Assembly (NCBI GenBank): GCA_904063045.1 | Contig: CAJFCJ010000006.1 | Coordinates: forward strand, 2,780,946 to 2,844,945 | Direction of reading: 5' to 3' | Length of the DNA: 64,000 bases | Source: Dimorphilus gyrociliatus | Lineage: Eukaryota; Animalia; Annelida | Shown here: positions 24,201-36,013 of the stretch, one piece after another | How positions within the stretch are numbered: the stretch's first letter is position 1 | How the letters are laid out: each line of letters starts with the position of its first letter | Notes under the pieces: model-generated | What the model was told of the DNA's origin: nothing | Seen by the model: the letters and a program-made list of their open reading frames with translations, nothing else | The model's database searches: none | Position numbers and translations under genes: made by a program

Positions 24201-27015
24201 AAAAATGAATAACCTTGAACAGTTTTCTCTTTATTTTCCAACTCTTTTCTACAATCAAAAAATAGAATAATGATATTTGAAATGTCATTATGTAAATGCG
24301 ATGTATAAAACCTTAAACTGTGCATATTAGATTCACATTTTATCTTTTCTGCCTTGGACTTGTCAAGATCTCTTCGTTTATCTCCTTCTTCATCTTGCAT
24401 ATTTCTATCGAACGCATAGTTTTTATCTTGTAATTATATTTTTCGTTTTATATAGAAAAAACCTTATTTTATTTTGAACGCTTGATCTAATATTATCGTT
24501 TGGCATTCTACCCAATAGTGCACGAATTATGCCAGCATGTTTATCTCTTAAAGAGCGAATTTCGTCACTTTTTTCTTGAATATTTTTTTGCAACATCTCT
24601 ATCTGAGCTTTCTCTTCAACATACTCTTGAAGGCTATCTAATTCGTCCCTATTTAATTGTAATGTAGTTAATATTTAATCGATATATTAAATAAATTTCA
24701 AAAAATCATTGTAGAGATTTTACCTTCTCTCGCGAAGTCGACCATCAGTTTCTTTTCTATCATCCTTACAAGATTCCATGGTCTTCTTCAACTCATCCAG
24801 TTTATATTCACGTTTTGCTTCTTCAAGATCAGTTTTCTATAATTCATAAAAAAGTAAATCTTAACGATCGATTCTATATTTTGATTTTACCGCTCTAGCA
24901 ATATCCATCTCCAAGTCATCCAGCTTAGATGCATATCTTTCTATATCCTCTAATTTTCGTTTAATGCTTCTAATTTCTTGCTTGTTCTCGTTCTAAAAAT
25001 GTAATAAGAATAGTAGAAATCATAAACTGAAAGCTAAGACTTACCAGAGATGAACGATTCATGTCTATTTCTGTTGACAAGCCGGCCTTTTCGGTTCTTT
25101 TCTTATCGATTTCACTCTGAATACCTTGTTCAATATTTCGAATTCTCTCCTATATAATATATTAGAAAATTGAACCTTGAATAGCAAAATTAACTAATTT
25201 TACATTCTCTTGGTGACTTTTATCAGATATTTCGTCATGAATTTCTTTTAGGCTCACTGTTATTTTCCGACATAATTGTTGGTTAAATTCATCAGTTTCT
25301 TTAGGAATGTGCACTATGAAAAATAAATAATTATTAGCTTTCAGAGTGTATTTTTATGTAAGACTCACTCTTCATTTTGTGAAATTCATTTAGTTCCGAC
25401 ATTCGACTAATGCAACTTTTAATATTCGCCACGTGATTCTGTTGAAAGAATTTCGTCTAAAATTCAACCGTCTCATATCAATTGTAAATACCTTTTCTTC
25501 AGTCTCAAGTGTTGCAAGAGATCTTAATTTCTTTTTCAAATCAAATTCACAATCGTCTATTTCTCTTCCTAATCTTGAAAGATTCTCTTCAATCTTACAT
25601 GAGAGAGCAGTTTGATAAATATTTTATAATCCAAGTTTGAATTTTATAAACTTACTTTATTAAGTTTACGCTCCTTATTTTTCGTGGTACTCTGAAAGTC
25701 TTTTAGGTCTGTTTGCAAATCTTCGATTGATTTCGATATCAAGCATTTTAGACTAGATTTAAGTTCTTTTTGCTGTTGTTCGTAAAACACAACTCTTTCC
25801 TCCAATGATCCTAAAGGTGAGAAGAGAAAAATAAAACAACTCTTGTTCAACTAATTTTTCAAGCATTTACTTTCTTTACTGCGCATGTCATTTATCTCTG
25901 CTTGATCCTCTTGAAGTTTAGCATACTCCTTAGTAAGTGGGTCGTTTTCTTTTTTCATATCATCAATTCTCTTTTTATATTGCTTAAACTTTACTTCATT
26001 CTCATCTAGTTCTTCCCTAACCTACTCAAAAGACAATAATTCTTGATAATATTAATAATTTTATAAACAAACATTCTGTGCTCCAGTTTTGTTTCTATTC
26101 AAATGCTCTAGGTCATTAATCAAAATCCTTCTCTCTTGTTCCTATTAGATCATAAGCAATATATATTACTCGTCTAATGCACGATAAACTTGTTACCTTT
26201 TGCTTTCTTATAACTTTTATTTGATCAACAGCTTTTACATACTGTGCAGAAGCAAATATTTCATCAAATTTTGTTTTCAATAATTTTCCTTCGCTAAGAG
26301 GCCAGCACGAGTCTTCTTGATGACAAAAAATAACGTTTTCAAGAATGGGTTTGGAAACCCCAAGCAAATCAACCATCTAATTTCACATTTCATGCATTAA
26401 TATACATATACATCTAATATAAAAAATTATTTTTATCATACTTCATTGTTTATGTCAATACATTTTTTACTGATGCTTGTCTTGTTTCGTAGAATATTTT
26501 GTTCCAAAGTTTTTGCAGATACCGTCGATGCCTTTAATATAAATAATGATTAACATTTGAATTTTAACGAAGACTTTATGTTACTTTTTGTGTAGCAATA
26601 GCGCTTCTAGTTACAACTGTTTGTATTCCTCTGATGTCGTTGAAGAGTAATTTCACCTGAGATTTTACTTCTCTTTCCTTAGCAACCTATAAGTGAATTT
26701 CTTTAGTAAATCATTAGCTACTATGTTATCCCCAAATCATTACTTTTGGATCATGGATGAAAGCCGAGAGCTTGTTACTTCCAGGTGGTGTATCACCAGT
26801 TGTAGCATACTTTAAGCATTCGATGATTGTCTATTTATAAATATATGTAAAAAATTTGTATGATTTTGTTGTAAAAGTATTTTTACTGTTTTTCCAGTTC
26901 CATTAGCACCTAAAATCAGAGTTAAAGGTGTGAAGAAAACAATGACTTGTTTATCGCTATCATCAGGTCCAAAACTTCTAATTCCTTGAATGGCTAATTT
27001 CGAAATTGATGACAT
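21249..27015 (-). CDS. RAD50: DNA repair protein RAD50, more than 20 short exons
   Basis: Walker [17 protein letters not shown]...[22 protein letters not shown], zinc hook CPVC (about 23920-23935), signature [19 protein letters not shown] and Walker [12 protein letters not shown]. Stop TGA at 21249-21251. Confidence 0.96.
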
Positions 27016-27588
27016 CTTCAACAGATCTATATATTGAAAATATAAGTTCCTAGAGACGCAAATTTAACTTTTTTCAAAGTTACTATGTTTCTAGTGTCAA
27101 ATACACTTTACTATCTTTTGTCAAATATGAATTGAGAAACTCTTAATGATTTTGGAGGATTTCAGCTAATTTAGAAATAATAGGTGGCATTGCGCAATTT
27201 TCCAGAAAAAAATATCAAAAAACATTTAAAAAATCTTCAACAATTTATTTAAATCCATTTGGGGGTGTACAACAGAAGTTAAAGATTCATGAAGCAACTT
27301 AAGAAGTGCTCAAATATTCCCGCGTGAGCGATAAAATACATATTTTGCCTAAAAATCATTTCTCGAAGATAAATATAAAATTATTTAAAGAAAATTTTTT
27401 CCCATTTAATGAGTGAAACAAGAAATTGCAACTTACTATTCCAATCCTTGATTTCGGAAACAAATATTCTACTTTTTGTAGGAACCGCTAAAAATTCAAG
27501 ACACTGCAAAATAGTTGAAACAAATTTGATTAAGGATTCGCCATTCTCTAACCTTTACCTTTAGAAAAACTAATACTGTTTTTCGAAA

Positions 27589-28148
27589 ATGGTTCGAAGA
27601 AAACAGGCGATTTTGCACAAGGTTTCACAATCAAGTAATTTACATGGTAGCGCAGAAAAACGTAATTATTTAACTGGACTTATTTATTCAAAAACTTTAT
27701 TATTTTTTTCGTTTCTCACTTTTATATTCCAGAGAAAGATAAAGGGAGAATAATCGGAGGTGCAGTTCGAAGTAATGATTCTTTTCTTATTATTACTGTG
27801 CAGAAGTATACAATATTAATTTTTTTATCTTAAAATGTAGGAAGATATCGACCAGGCGTGAAAGCTCTGATGCAAATTCGAGAATTTCAACGCAGTACAA
27901 AGCTATTGATCAGACGTTTGCCATTCGCTCGAGTTGTAAGGGAAGTTACTCAGGAAATGTTTCAAGGAAATTGTGATTTTAGATGGCAAGTAGTGGCAAT
28001 TATGGCCCTCCAAGAGGCAGCTGAAAATTTTTTAGTCACCTTACTGGCCGATTCTTACTTATGTACTTTACATGCTAAGAGGGTTACTTTAAAAGTTGAA
28101 GATATCCGATTATGCAGAAGAATTCGAGGTGTTCAACACATGTGGTAG
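27589..28148 (+). CDS. CENPA: Centromeric histone H3 variant CENP-A (cenH3), about 130 aa, 3 exons
   Basis: Model: MVRRKQAILHKVSQS|KKDKGRIIGGAVR|RRYRPGVKALMQIREFQRSTKLLIRRLPFARVVREVTQEMFQGNCDFRWQ...HAKRVTL. It has a non-H3 tail, FARV in place of the H3 FQRL, RW in place of RF, a longer loop 1, and introns. All of these are cenH3 criteria. Confidence 0.9.
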
Positions 28149-29697
28149 TTTTTATTTATACGTATTTTATTGTTTAAGTCTTGTTTAGACATTGTCTACT
28201 TGTCCACAGAACTGTCGAGTTTTTATGTTCTTATGTTTATCTTAGTTTAAACTGTTGAACTTGTAGCTATATTTTAACTTTGTTAATTAACCATTTTGTT
28301 CATAATATTTTTTCTACATTGCATTATCGCTATTGATATTTTATTGATCGTTAAATATCAAGTATCAACCAGCGTTAATAAAAACATTAGAATATTGTTT
28401 GTAGTTTTAATTAAATTTTACCTCGACCGTAGTTCATGTCCACTTAACTTCTCTCAAAATACTCTATGTAAACCTTAAAAAATTACGTTTATAGAATTAA
28501 CGTGGGTGGATGAAGTGCTTGGCATTGTATACATTTTATTACATCATGCGTGTTTTATGATATTTACATAGGTGGCTCTACCTTCAACAACTTTTTTCCT
28601 GTTTTCGGCAAATGTTGACTTAACTATTAATTCAGACACCCCTTTGCTTTACTTAGTTAATAATTGAGAGAATGAACGTTGTTTTTCTTCTATCCTCTCA
28701 TGTTTTATTAATATTACAAAGACGACAATTGTTATTCTACAATTAAAAGATTAAGTATTTCATCTGTCAACTTTATTCATATAGACTATAGATTTATCAA
28801 TTTCTATAGAGATATTTATAAATTCTCGTGTTTGTTTAAGGGCATACTAGTAAGATAAGTTTGCAATTAAATTGATACTTGACTATTGAGATTAGTCTGG
28901 CGTTAAAGTAGATAAATTGTCTATGGCCTAGTGAAAATCTTCTATCAACTTTGAATATCAGCTTGAAACAAATTCATCATTGTTTCTCTCTACAACAAAA
29001 TGTTTTCATTGTAAGCTTGTCAACTGTTGATTTATTCATTGTAAATATAGGTCTAGCCTGAAAGGATCCTTTTTCTGTTTTGGACCAAGAATTGTATGCA
29101 CAAATCATTGGTATATTATAGAACGGAGATTTTCAAATTTCATTCCTTTATTTTTACAAAATTCTCTAAATAAAGATTATTCAAAAATATACGTAAATAT
29201 ACTGTATAATATATTATATATCGACTGATAGTTATATAAAACAATTGAGTTAAAGGTTAAAAGGGTGACCAGATTCAATCTTCCTTTTCCTTATCGTTGT
29301 CTTTCCTGTTTAAATACATAATTATCATTAATAAATTTTGTCGAAGAGTTTGCAGGAAAATTAAGACAATATAGGCAAGCAAATAGTAAATGCTCAATAC
29401 ATGTGAAACAATGATATAAGACAAGAAAAGTAATGCTAATAATAGTAATCATAAAAGTGCATAAGCCAGAGTTGTAATTGTTTATTTTTGGAGAATATAA
29501 AATGTCGATAATAGAAAATAACTTAATAAAATGTTAAGAATTATTATATTACTCCAAAAAGAACTATTCAACTAGAGAGTGTTGTTCTTAAAGCTGAATA
29601 TCATATGCTTCAATTTCTGCGTGTGATACGACATGTATTAGGCTTGTTCTGTAACGTTTTTGTGATGCAATTTATATTCAATTTAGCCAATAATTTT

Positions 29698-32600
29698 TTA
29701 TATTACTACGGTTTTTGTTTTTGACCTTTCTATTGGTTCTGAACTAGTAGGTTCTCCTTGTTTATCTTCTTCTTCAATTGGTTTTTCCTCTGTTTTATTT
29801 GCTTCTACTTCGTCATCGTTTTTTATTGTATTAGTATTATCTGCTTCATTAGACTCTTCCTTTTCTTTTACTTCATCTTTTTGTTCGCCTTCAACTGAAT
29901 CTACAGTGTCTACATTAGCTTTATCATTATCGTTCTCTTTAGATTCCTCTTTATTTATTTCGTCATCGTTAGTTTTTGTAATACTTTCCGCATTATTATC
30001 TTCTTTATCAGATTTATGGCTGCTATTGTCACTATTTTGTTGCTCTTGTATTGAAGTAGCCTGCTTACTTGTCCTGAAAAACATTATAATTCAACCTTCT
30101 ATAATTTACGTGGATATCTGGATATCCTTGGGGAAGGGAGAAGGAATGCGGACTTTTTGCTCAATATTGCTTTTTATGGAGTTTGTCTTTTGGAATGATT
30201 GAAATTACATTTATTCTTTTATAATTTTAGTTTTGTTTTTCATGTGCAAGAGGTTTAAAAACCTGTTCGATGTTTCCATCCATGATGGAATTTCCTCCCT
30301 TTCCACGATACTCTCTTCTCCATGTGTACATGGTTCATAATGTTGTAGAACCGATTTCGCTAATCATTTTTTATCAACGTAATAAATAAACAGAATATTA
30401 ATTTAGAAAATAACTTAATTAATTGAATGATTAAAAAAAAAATATTTGAAATTTTAGAAATTCCAGACAAGTTAATAAAACAAATAATAAACTAATTAAT
30501 TGAGATTTCAAATAATGCTTTAGGTGTCATAGGATTAACCGGTGTTAAATGAAAAACATATTCTTACTCTTCCTCCTCAATTTCTTCTTCGTCTTTATTT
30601 TTAGAGATATTTTCTTCAGGTTCAGGTTCAGGCTCAGGTTCAGGTTCAGGTTCAGATTTAGGCTCAGGTTCCGGCTCAGGTTCAACTTCAGCTTCGGGTG
30701 TTGATGATTTTTCAGCTAAATAATTTGTGAAAGAATATTTGCATAAGCTAACACAAAGGAATGGACTGTCTAGCATAGGAAAAGGATAAAAATAGACATC
30801 CTGCTAAAGGCTAAATGGCTGGAAAAAAATAGCGAGGGAACTGCAATAAAAGAATAGGCAGAGATACTAAAGGGATTATCACATTCTAGGTTTGATTTTC
30901 TACCGTCTTGGTTCGATAGTGCTTTCTTTATCTGTCACTATTACGTAAGGATAATTTGGTTTATTTTTACAAACTAAACATAAGAGGGCCTGTTTAAACT
31001 TTCACGGTAATCGTAAAATAACTCTATAATTCTTATCTTTTTATAAATATCGAATAAAAAACTTACGTTTATCTTGTTGTTCATCGTCGGTAGGGGCATT
31101 TTCGTCATCTTCTCCCTTTTCTTTCATACCCTTAACAATTTTTGAATTGACATCTTCTATAGCTTTCTTAATAGCCTTTTCTGCCGCATGGTCTTCTTGA
31201 GCTTTAGCCATGTCCAAGGCTCTTTCGAAAGAGTCTAAGGCCGCTTGATAGTCATTTAACTTTACTTCAGCCTGAGCAACTAGAACACTTCCGTTCAATT
31301 GCCAGATATCATCTTCAGCCTCTACAGCAGCAGCTAACGACTTTTCACCGTAATCTTTGGCCTCACTAAAGAGAGAGAGAGACAGATAGAGAAGTTTGTA
31401 AATTATACAATGTTTTCCATTAGCTCATTTATTCCTACCTGTATTTTCCAACTTCCAAATAACATCTACCAATTTCATGATACAACCAAGTGGACTCTAA
31501 CGCTGATTTCGACATAGGTAACTTCTCTTCCCATCTATTACAATTAATAGGAGAATTAGATTAAAGAATAAGATGTAATTTTAATACAAACACTTGAATA
31601 GCTTTGTCGTAACTTCCCTTTCTTGCATAGACTCTGCCCAAATTATCTAAAGCCCTCGACTTAGCATCTTCGTCGTCACTAATGAATTTAATGGATTATT
31701 GATCATTATTAATTAAAAATTTAATAATTAATAATATTTATTTACTTTTGTTTAGCAATTTCTAAATCTAATGTATGCTCTGATAAAGCTTTGCCGTAAT
31801 CTCCCAATTCTAAATAGGAGTTACCCATACAGGAATGTAAGTTTCCAATGATTGCACTTCTCGTATTCAAGTCGCGTTCATTGTATCTGAGTATTTTTAG
31901 TAGAGATATTAACATAACAAATAAATAAAGAGGCCTAATTACTTTTCAACTTCTTTCTTAGCCTTTTTAGATATGTCCAAACTCTTTTTAAAATTACCTT
32001 CCGTTTGAGCTTGAAAAGAACATAAATATTTTTATACGAAAATTAACACGAATAATATAATAGTACCATTATCAATATCTTCCATTTTTCTAACTATATA
32101 ATCTTCGATGTTTATCTCCCTTTTCATTTTATTTTCACCCTTATTTTTCAGTAATTTCCTTTGGTGAATGTCTCTTTCGTGCGAATACATAGGCTTTTGT
32201 TGTTGCCAGAATTCCGTTCTCGTATCTAAATACTTTATTGACGAAGGATGAATAGAAGTGAAATTAAGAAATGATTATTAATTTTATTTAAATAAATACA
32301 TCTAATCCTTGTTTTGCTAAGCGTTTTATTTCATCGTTTGTCTTTGTCTTTGCTGCGGCTCCATCTGAACAAATGTAATATATTCATGCAATTCAAGAGA
32401 GAGGGAGAGACAGTAACATTAATAGCGTTTATAGCCTTTGGGCAATACGCTAAGTATCCCTTTTTCTTACCTAATCCGCTTAACAATTTTTCTAAGAATT
32501 GCTTATCCTCGTATAATTGCCCTAATAGTTGTTTAACTGTTTTAGGATCTGTTGGAACGGTTGATCTTGGTCTTTTTTCCTAATTAAGTAATTTAAATAG

Positions 32601-34938
32601 GTTTAAAACATATTTCACAATAAAACAGGTTTTTCTATTTCTAGTTTCTTTTTTATTGGTTCTTTTTGCAAAATATAGAACGGAATTTGACCTATTTTCT
32701 TTTTTTATCTAAAATTTCTTTCAACAATATTAAGAAGAAAAAAAAATTCAACCTTTTCTTTCGGTTTGGCGCCAGGTTTTTGATAGCCTCCGGCAGCGGC
32801 CTGCTTTTTCTTCGCTTTCTGTTGCTGTTTATTTATTTGTTTTTTTTTTTTTTTTAAAAGAAAAAGAAAATTTAAATTAATCAATCTTTCTATTCAACTT
32901 ATAGAGAATATAATAAAAAGACACTGAACTAAAATAAAGGAAATATATCAACTAAAAAAGTCAAGAGATACATCATCGTCCTTGGTGAAGAAGAGAGAAT
33001 TTTTTTTTTGTTCTAAACAGTATTATATTAAATATTTCACTATTTAATATTTAATACAATTCAATTTATGAATAGGGTGCATAATCAAAGATAATAATAT
33101 TAAAAAAAAATCATCAAAATCCACATATATAGTTTAAAATAGAGAAGGATTTTTTTATATAGATTTTTTTTTATTGGGTATCACCTCATTTTCATCCCCT
33201 TGTGCAGGCTTCTGAATTTGTGTATACACTCATATACAGTTATGTACATAATAGTATTGTATGTAAATATACAATAGTTATGTAACCATAGTAATAATAA
33301 TAATAATAATAATAAAAAGGCTTGTGAATAAGAATAAATTAAATGCACACTCTAGAAAAAAAAATTATATAAATCGGAGAAATAAAACGTTAAACAAATG
33401 AATAATTTATCATTTGTTCTTATATCTCATATAAAGTGATTGGGTTGTTTTATAGTTTAATTATATAGTTTTTTTCTACCTTTTTTGCATCTGCCTGCTA
33501 TATTTATATATAAGACACATACATATATATTTTATTTGTTTATATTAGTTATAATTAATGATTAATTAACTAGATTAATTTGTTATTTAATTTTTAATAA
33601 AGTAATAATTAAAACGAACCTCTTCGTGTTTATAGAAATAGCTTAAATCTCCATCACTTTTGAGTTGAACTCCCGAGTTATCTATTGCATTGTTTTAGGA
33701 AGTATTCTAAATAAATTGAATGAATAGGGTATAATATTAAGACAATATACCTCCGATACTATTATCAATAGCTTCTTCGGTCTTTTGGATACCTAGACGG
33801 AATTCTTTCAACTCTGGACGAAGTTTATGACCTCTATGATAGAAGACTAAAGCGAATTCAAAGTCTCCTTTCTGATATAGTGCCTCGGCTTTTTGGTAGA
33901 GTCCTTTAGTATAGTCTTTATCTTCTTTTAAAGTTTCTTCAGCATCCGCTAAAGCTAACTCAGACTCTCCTAATTGCAGATAGCACTGAGACCTGGAAAC
34001 CAAGCAATGCTTTTCTCCCGGTTTCAATTCAAGGGCCTGAAGCAACAACAGTAATTATTATATAACTAACGATAAAACTATTATACGTTATACAAAATTA
34101 TATAAATACTGTATATATATATATATATATATATATTTATTTATTTTTAATTAAGATTATATATAATATAGATTCAAGTAAAAGAATATTTATATTTCAG
34201 AAAGAGACAAAAATCTCAATTCCCTAGGCTTAATGCTATGATAACGAAAAAAGCGGACAGCTTAACAGCTTAACAGAATATAAGAATGATTATATTTTTT
34301 TTATAAAAAAAAAAAGAAAATAATAACATTCTCAACTCTATCTATCTTATCAATTTGTATATAATAAAAAATTTTTCTATATAGAAATTATATAAACTTG
34401 ACATCATAGACTAAAAATATTAGATTGGCAGATAGTATAATTTTCAATTGGGCTTTTTTTTTCTTTTGCTCTACTTATACTTAAATACATTTTCTTTTTC
34501 TTAAGTAATAAACCTTGGTATAGGCATCGATTGCTTTTCTATATTCCATAATAGACTGATAGGTGAGAGCCTCTGAATAGAATACATCGAATGTAGCAAC
34601 TTGCTGAACCATCTCCGTTTCGTCCTCATCACTATCGTTTAACGGATCCTTCTTTCTAGGCGTTTTTTTCGGGTAAAACGATAAACTACGCGGTAAAGGG
34701 ACGCTCTTAAGGGGCATGATTCTCAGTTTAATAATAACATACAATCCTCTTCGTTATCAACGTCACGTTTTCAAATTTACTATTTAATAAGCAAATATAA
34801 AAAAATTGGCCTCACCAAATTATAGCTATCTAAAGCCTTAGTTAAATCGCCTTGTTTGAAGAGCATGTCACCTTCAGCTCTATATACTTCGAACGTACTT
34901 TTGACACCCCCGACACTACTTGATTCTTCTTCATACAT
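29698..34938 (-). CDS. TTC25: Tetratricopeptide repeat protein 25 / outer dynein arm docking complex subunit 4, with complex alternative splicing
   Basis: Segments STFEVYRAEGDMLFKQG..|ALELKPGEKHCLVSRSQCYLQLG...KGLYQKAEALYQKGDFEFALVFYHRGHKLRPELKEFRLGIQK, KTVKQLLGQLYEDKQFLEKLL and YLDTRTEFWQQQKP match TTC25/ODAD4. They are followed by further TPRs and an acidic tail. Confidence 0.92.
30617..30690 (-). repeat. Coding hexamer repeat (GAACCT/GAGCCT)n encoding EPEPEP inside a TTC25 exon
   Basis: The plus strand reads caggttcaggttcaggctcaggttcaggttcaggttcag... and encodes EPEPEPEPKSEPEPEPEPEPEP on the minus strand. Confidence 0.9.
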
Positions 34939-35006
34939 CTTTATTTTATCCCTTTTTTCTAGATGATCAAATCACTAGACACCGAATCGTAAACTAGCGT
35001 TTATAG

Positions 35007-35021
35007 GTTGCTATTGGATAC
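35007..35021. promoter_or_regulatory. RFX X-box-like element in the TTC25 promoter
   Basis: GTTGCTATTGGATAC, about 70 bp upstream of the TTC25 ATG, matches the GTNRCY-N(0-3)-RGYAAC-type X-box typical of ciliary genes, with one deviation. Confidence 0.6.
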
Positions 35022-35471
35022 CGTCTGCTAGATAGTTTATAACCCATACTTTACTCTCGAAATATGCCTCAAAGGTGTGTCAAAATTAACGAAAAAGATT
35101 CAGAGACCCCATATAGTTAGATCTATTTTTTATTATTTTTAATTGATAGTAATTAGTGCGGTCCTTAAAAGAGCGCGGGAAATTTAATTTATTTGACCCT
35201 CTAGCCTTTGCTTGCAAAGGCTTTTAAGAGTTTTACGATGAATAATAAAGCGTGAACATCTGCTGTATTTACTTCGCAAACATAGAAAACAGTTACACTT
35301 ATAAAATTGAAAAATAACACCAGATACATTTTACGTCCTCTTAAGTATTTTATAAAGTATTATAATGACAAACAAAGAATATCTAAATTGATTTCTGTCC
35401 TCCGAAAACTTCCCATGATGGCGTCCCTTCCAAAGAAATAAGAGTTGTCAGCACATCTGTCGAAATTAACA

Positions 35472-35612
35472 ACATGTTAGCATTCAGGTAAACCAAGTCG
35501 ATTTGCTTTAAGGTGCCTTAATCGACCAACGATGCAAAGAAGCTAATATTGTAGCACCGAAATTTTGACCATAAACTCTCTAAACATAGTTTTGGAGATA
35601 CCTAGGTGCTTT
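35472..35612 (-). ncRNA. Box H/ACA snoRNA, copy 1 (SNORA8/ACA8-like; predicted 18S rRNA pseudouridylation guide)
   Basis: Hairpin 1 has a lower stem AGCACC/GGUGCU followed directly by H box ACAAUA (35547-35552). Hairpin 2 has an upper stem GUCGAUU/AAUCGAC and the ACA box at 35475-35477. Pockets are GGUAUCU+UCA and GCAUCGUU+UGGU. It lies in intron 35457-35643. Confidence 0.8.
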
Positions 35613-35872
35613 TAAACAAATATTTGTATAATAACTAACTTACATTTCTGAAAAGTCTTCTAAATGATTTTCGTCCGTTTACGAACACATAGTTGTTTAA
35701 GCTTTAAAAAAAGCCAATACGAAATGCATTAGTAAAGCAACCAATTTATTTACTAGTAATTCACAAAGAATAGTATACTTACTTTCAGTCAATAAATTTT
35801 CAAACTTCTATCGAATTACTTCTCTTTCTTTCATCTGTAAAGACATTAACTGATCAATAATTTTATAGATAG

Positions 35873-36013
35873 TGTTGTAGTCATCCTAAAAACCAAGTCA
35901 ATCTACAAAGATTAAGAGGCAAATTGACCAACGATGCAACAAATGACTTTTATATAGCACCAGAAATTGACCAAAGATTCAGAAATAGAAAATTTGGAGA
36001 TACCTGAGTGCAT
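35873..36013 (-). ncRNA. Box H/ACA snoRNA, copy 2 (paralog of copy 1)
   Basis: Same architecture and about 141 nt long. H box AUAUAA (35950-35955) follows GGUGCU. The hairpin 2 lower stem AGUCAUUU/GGAUGACU is followed directly by ACA (35876-35878), and the upper stem is GUCAAU/AUUGAC. The core guide pockets match those of copy 1. Confidence 0.8.

Noticed and set aside
28200-29690. Short ORFs (up to about 45 aa on minus, 60 aa on plus) between CENP-A and TTC25
   Set aside because: AT-rich, with no motifs or coherent splice pattern; likely UTR or intergenic sequence.
30110-30186. Fourth candidate TTC25 cassette exon (77 nt)
   Set aside because: It is open only when entered in phase 0, and no phase-0 donor is available upstream. 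The other phases hit stops.
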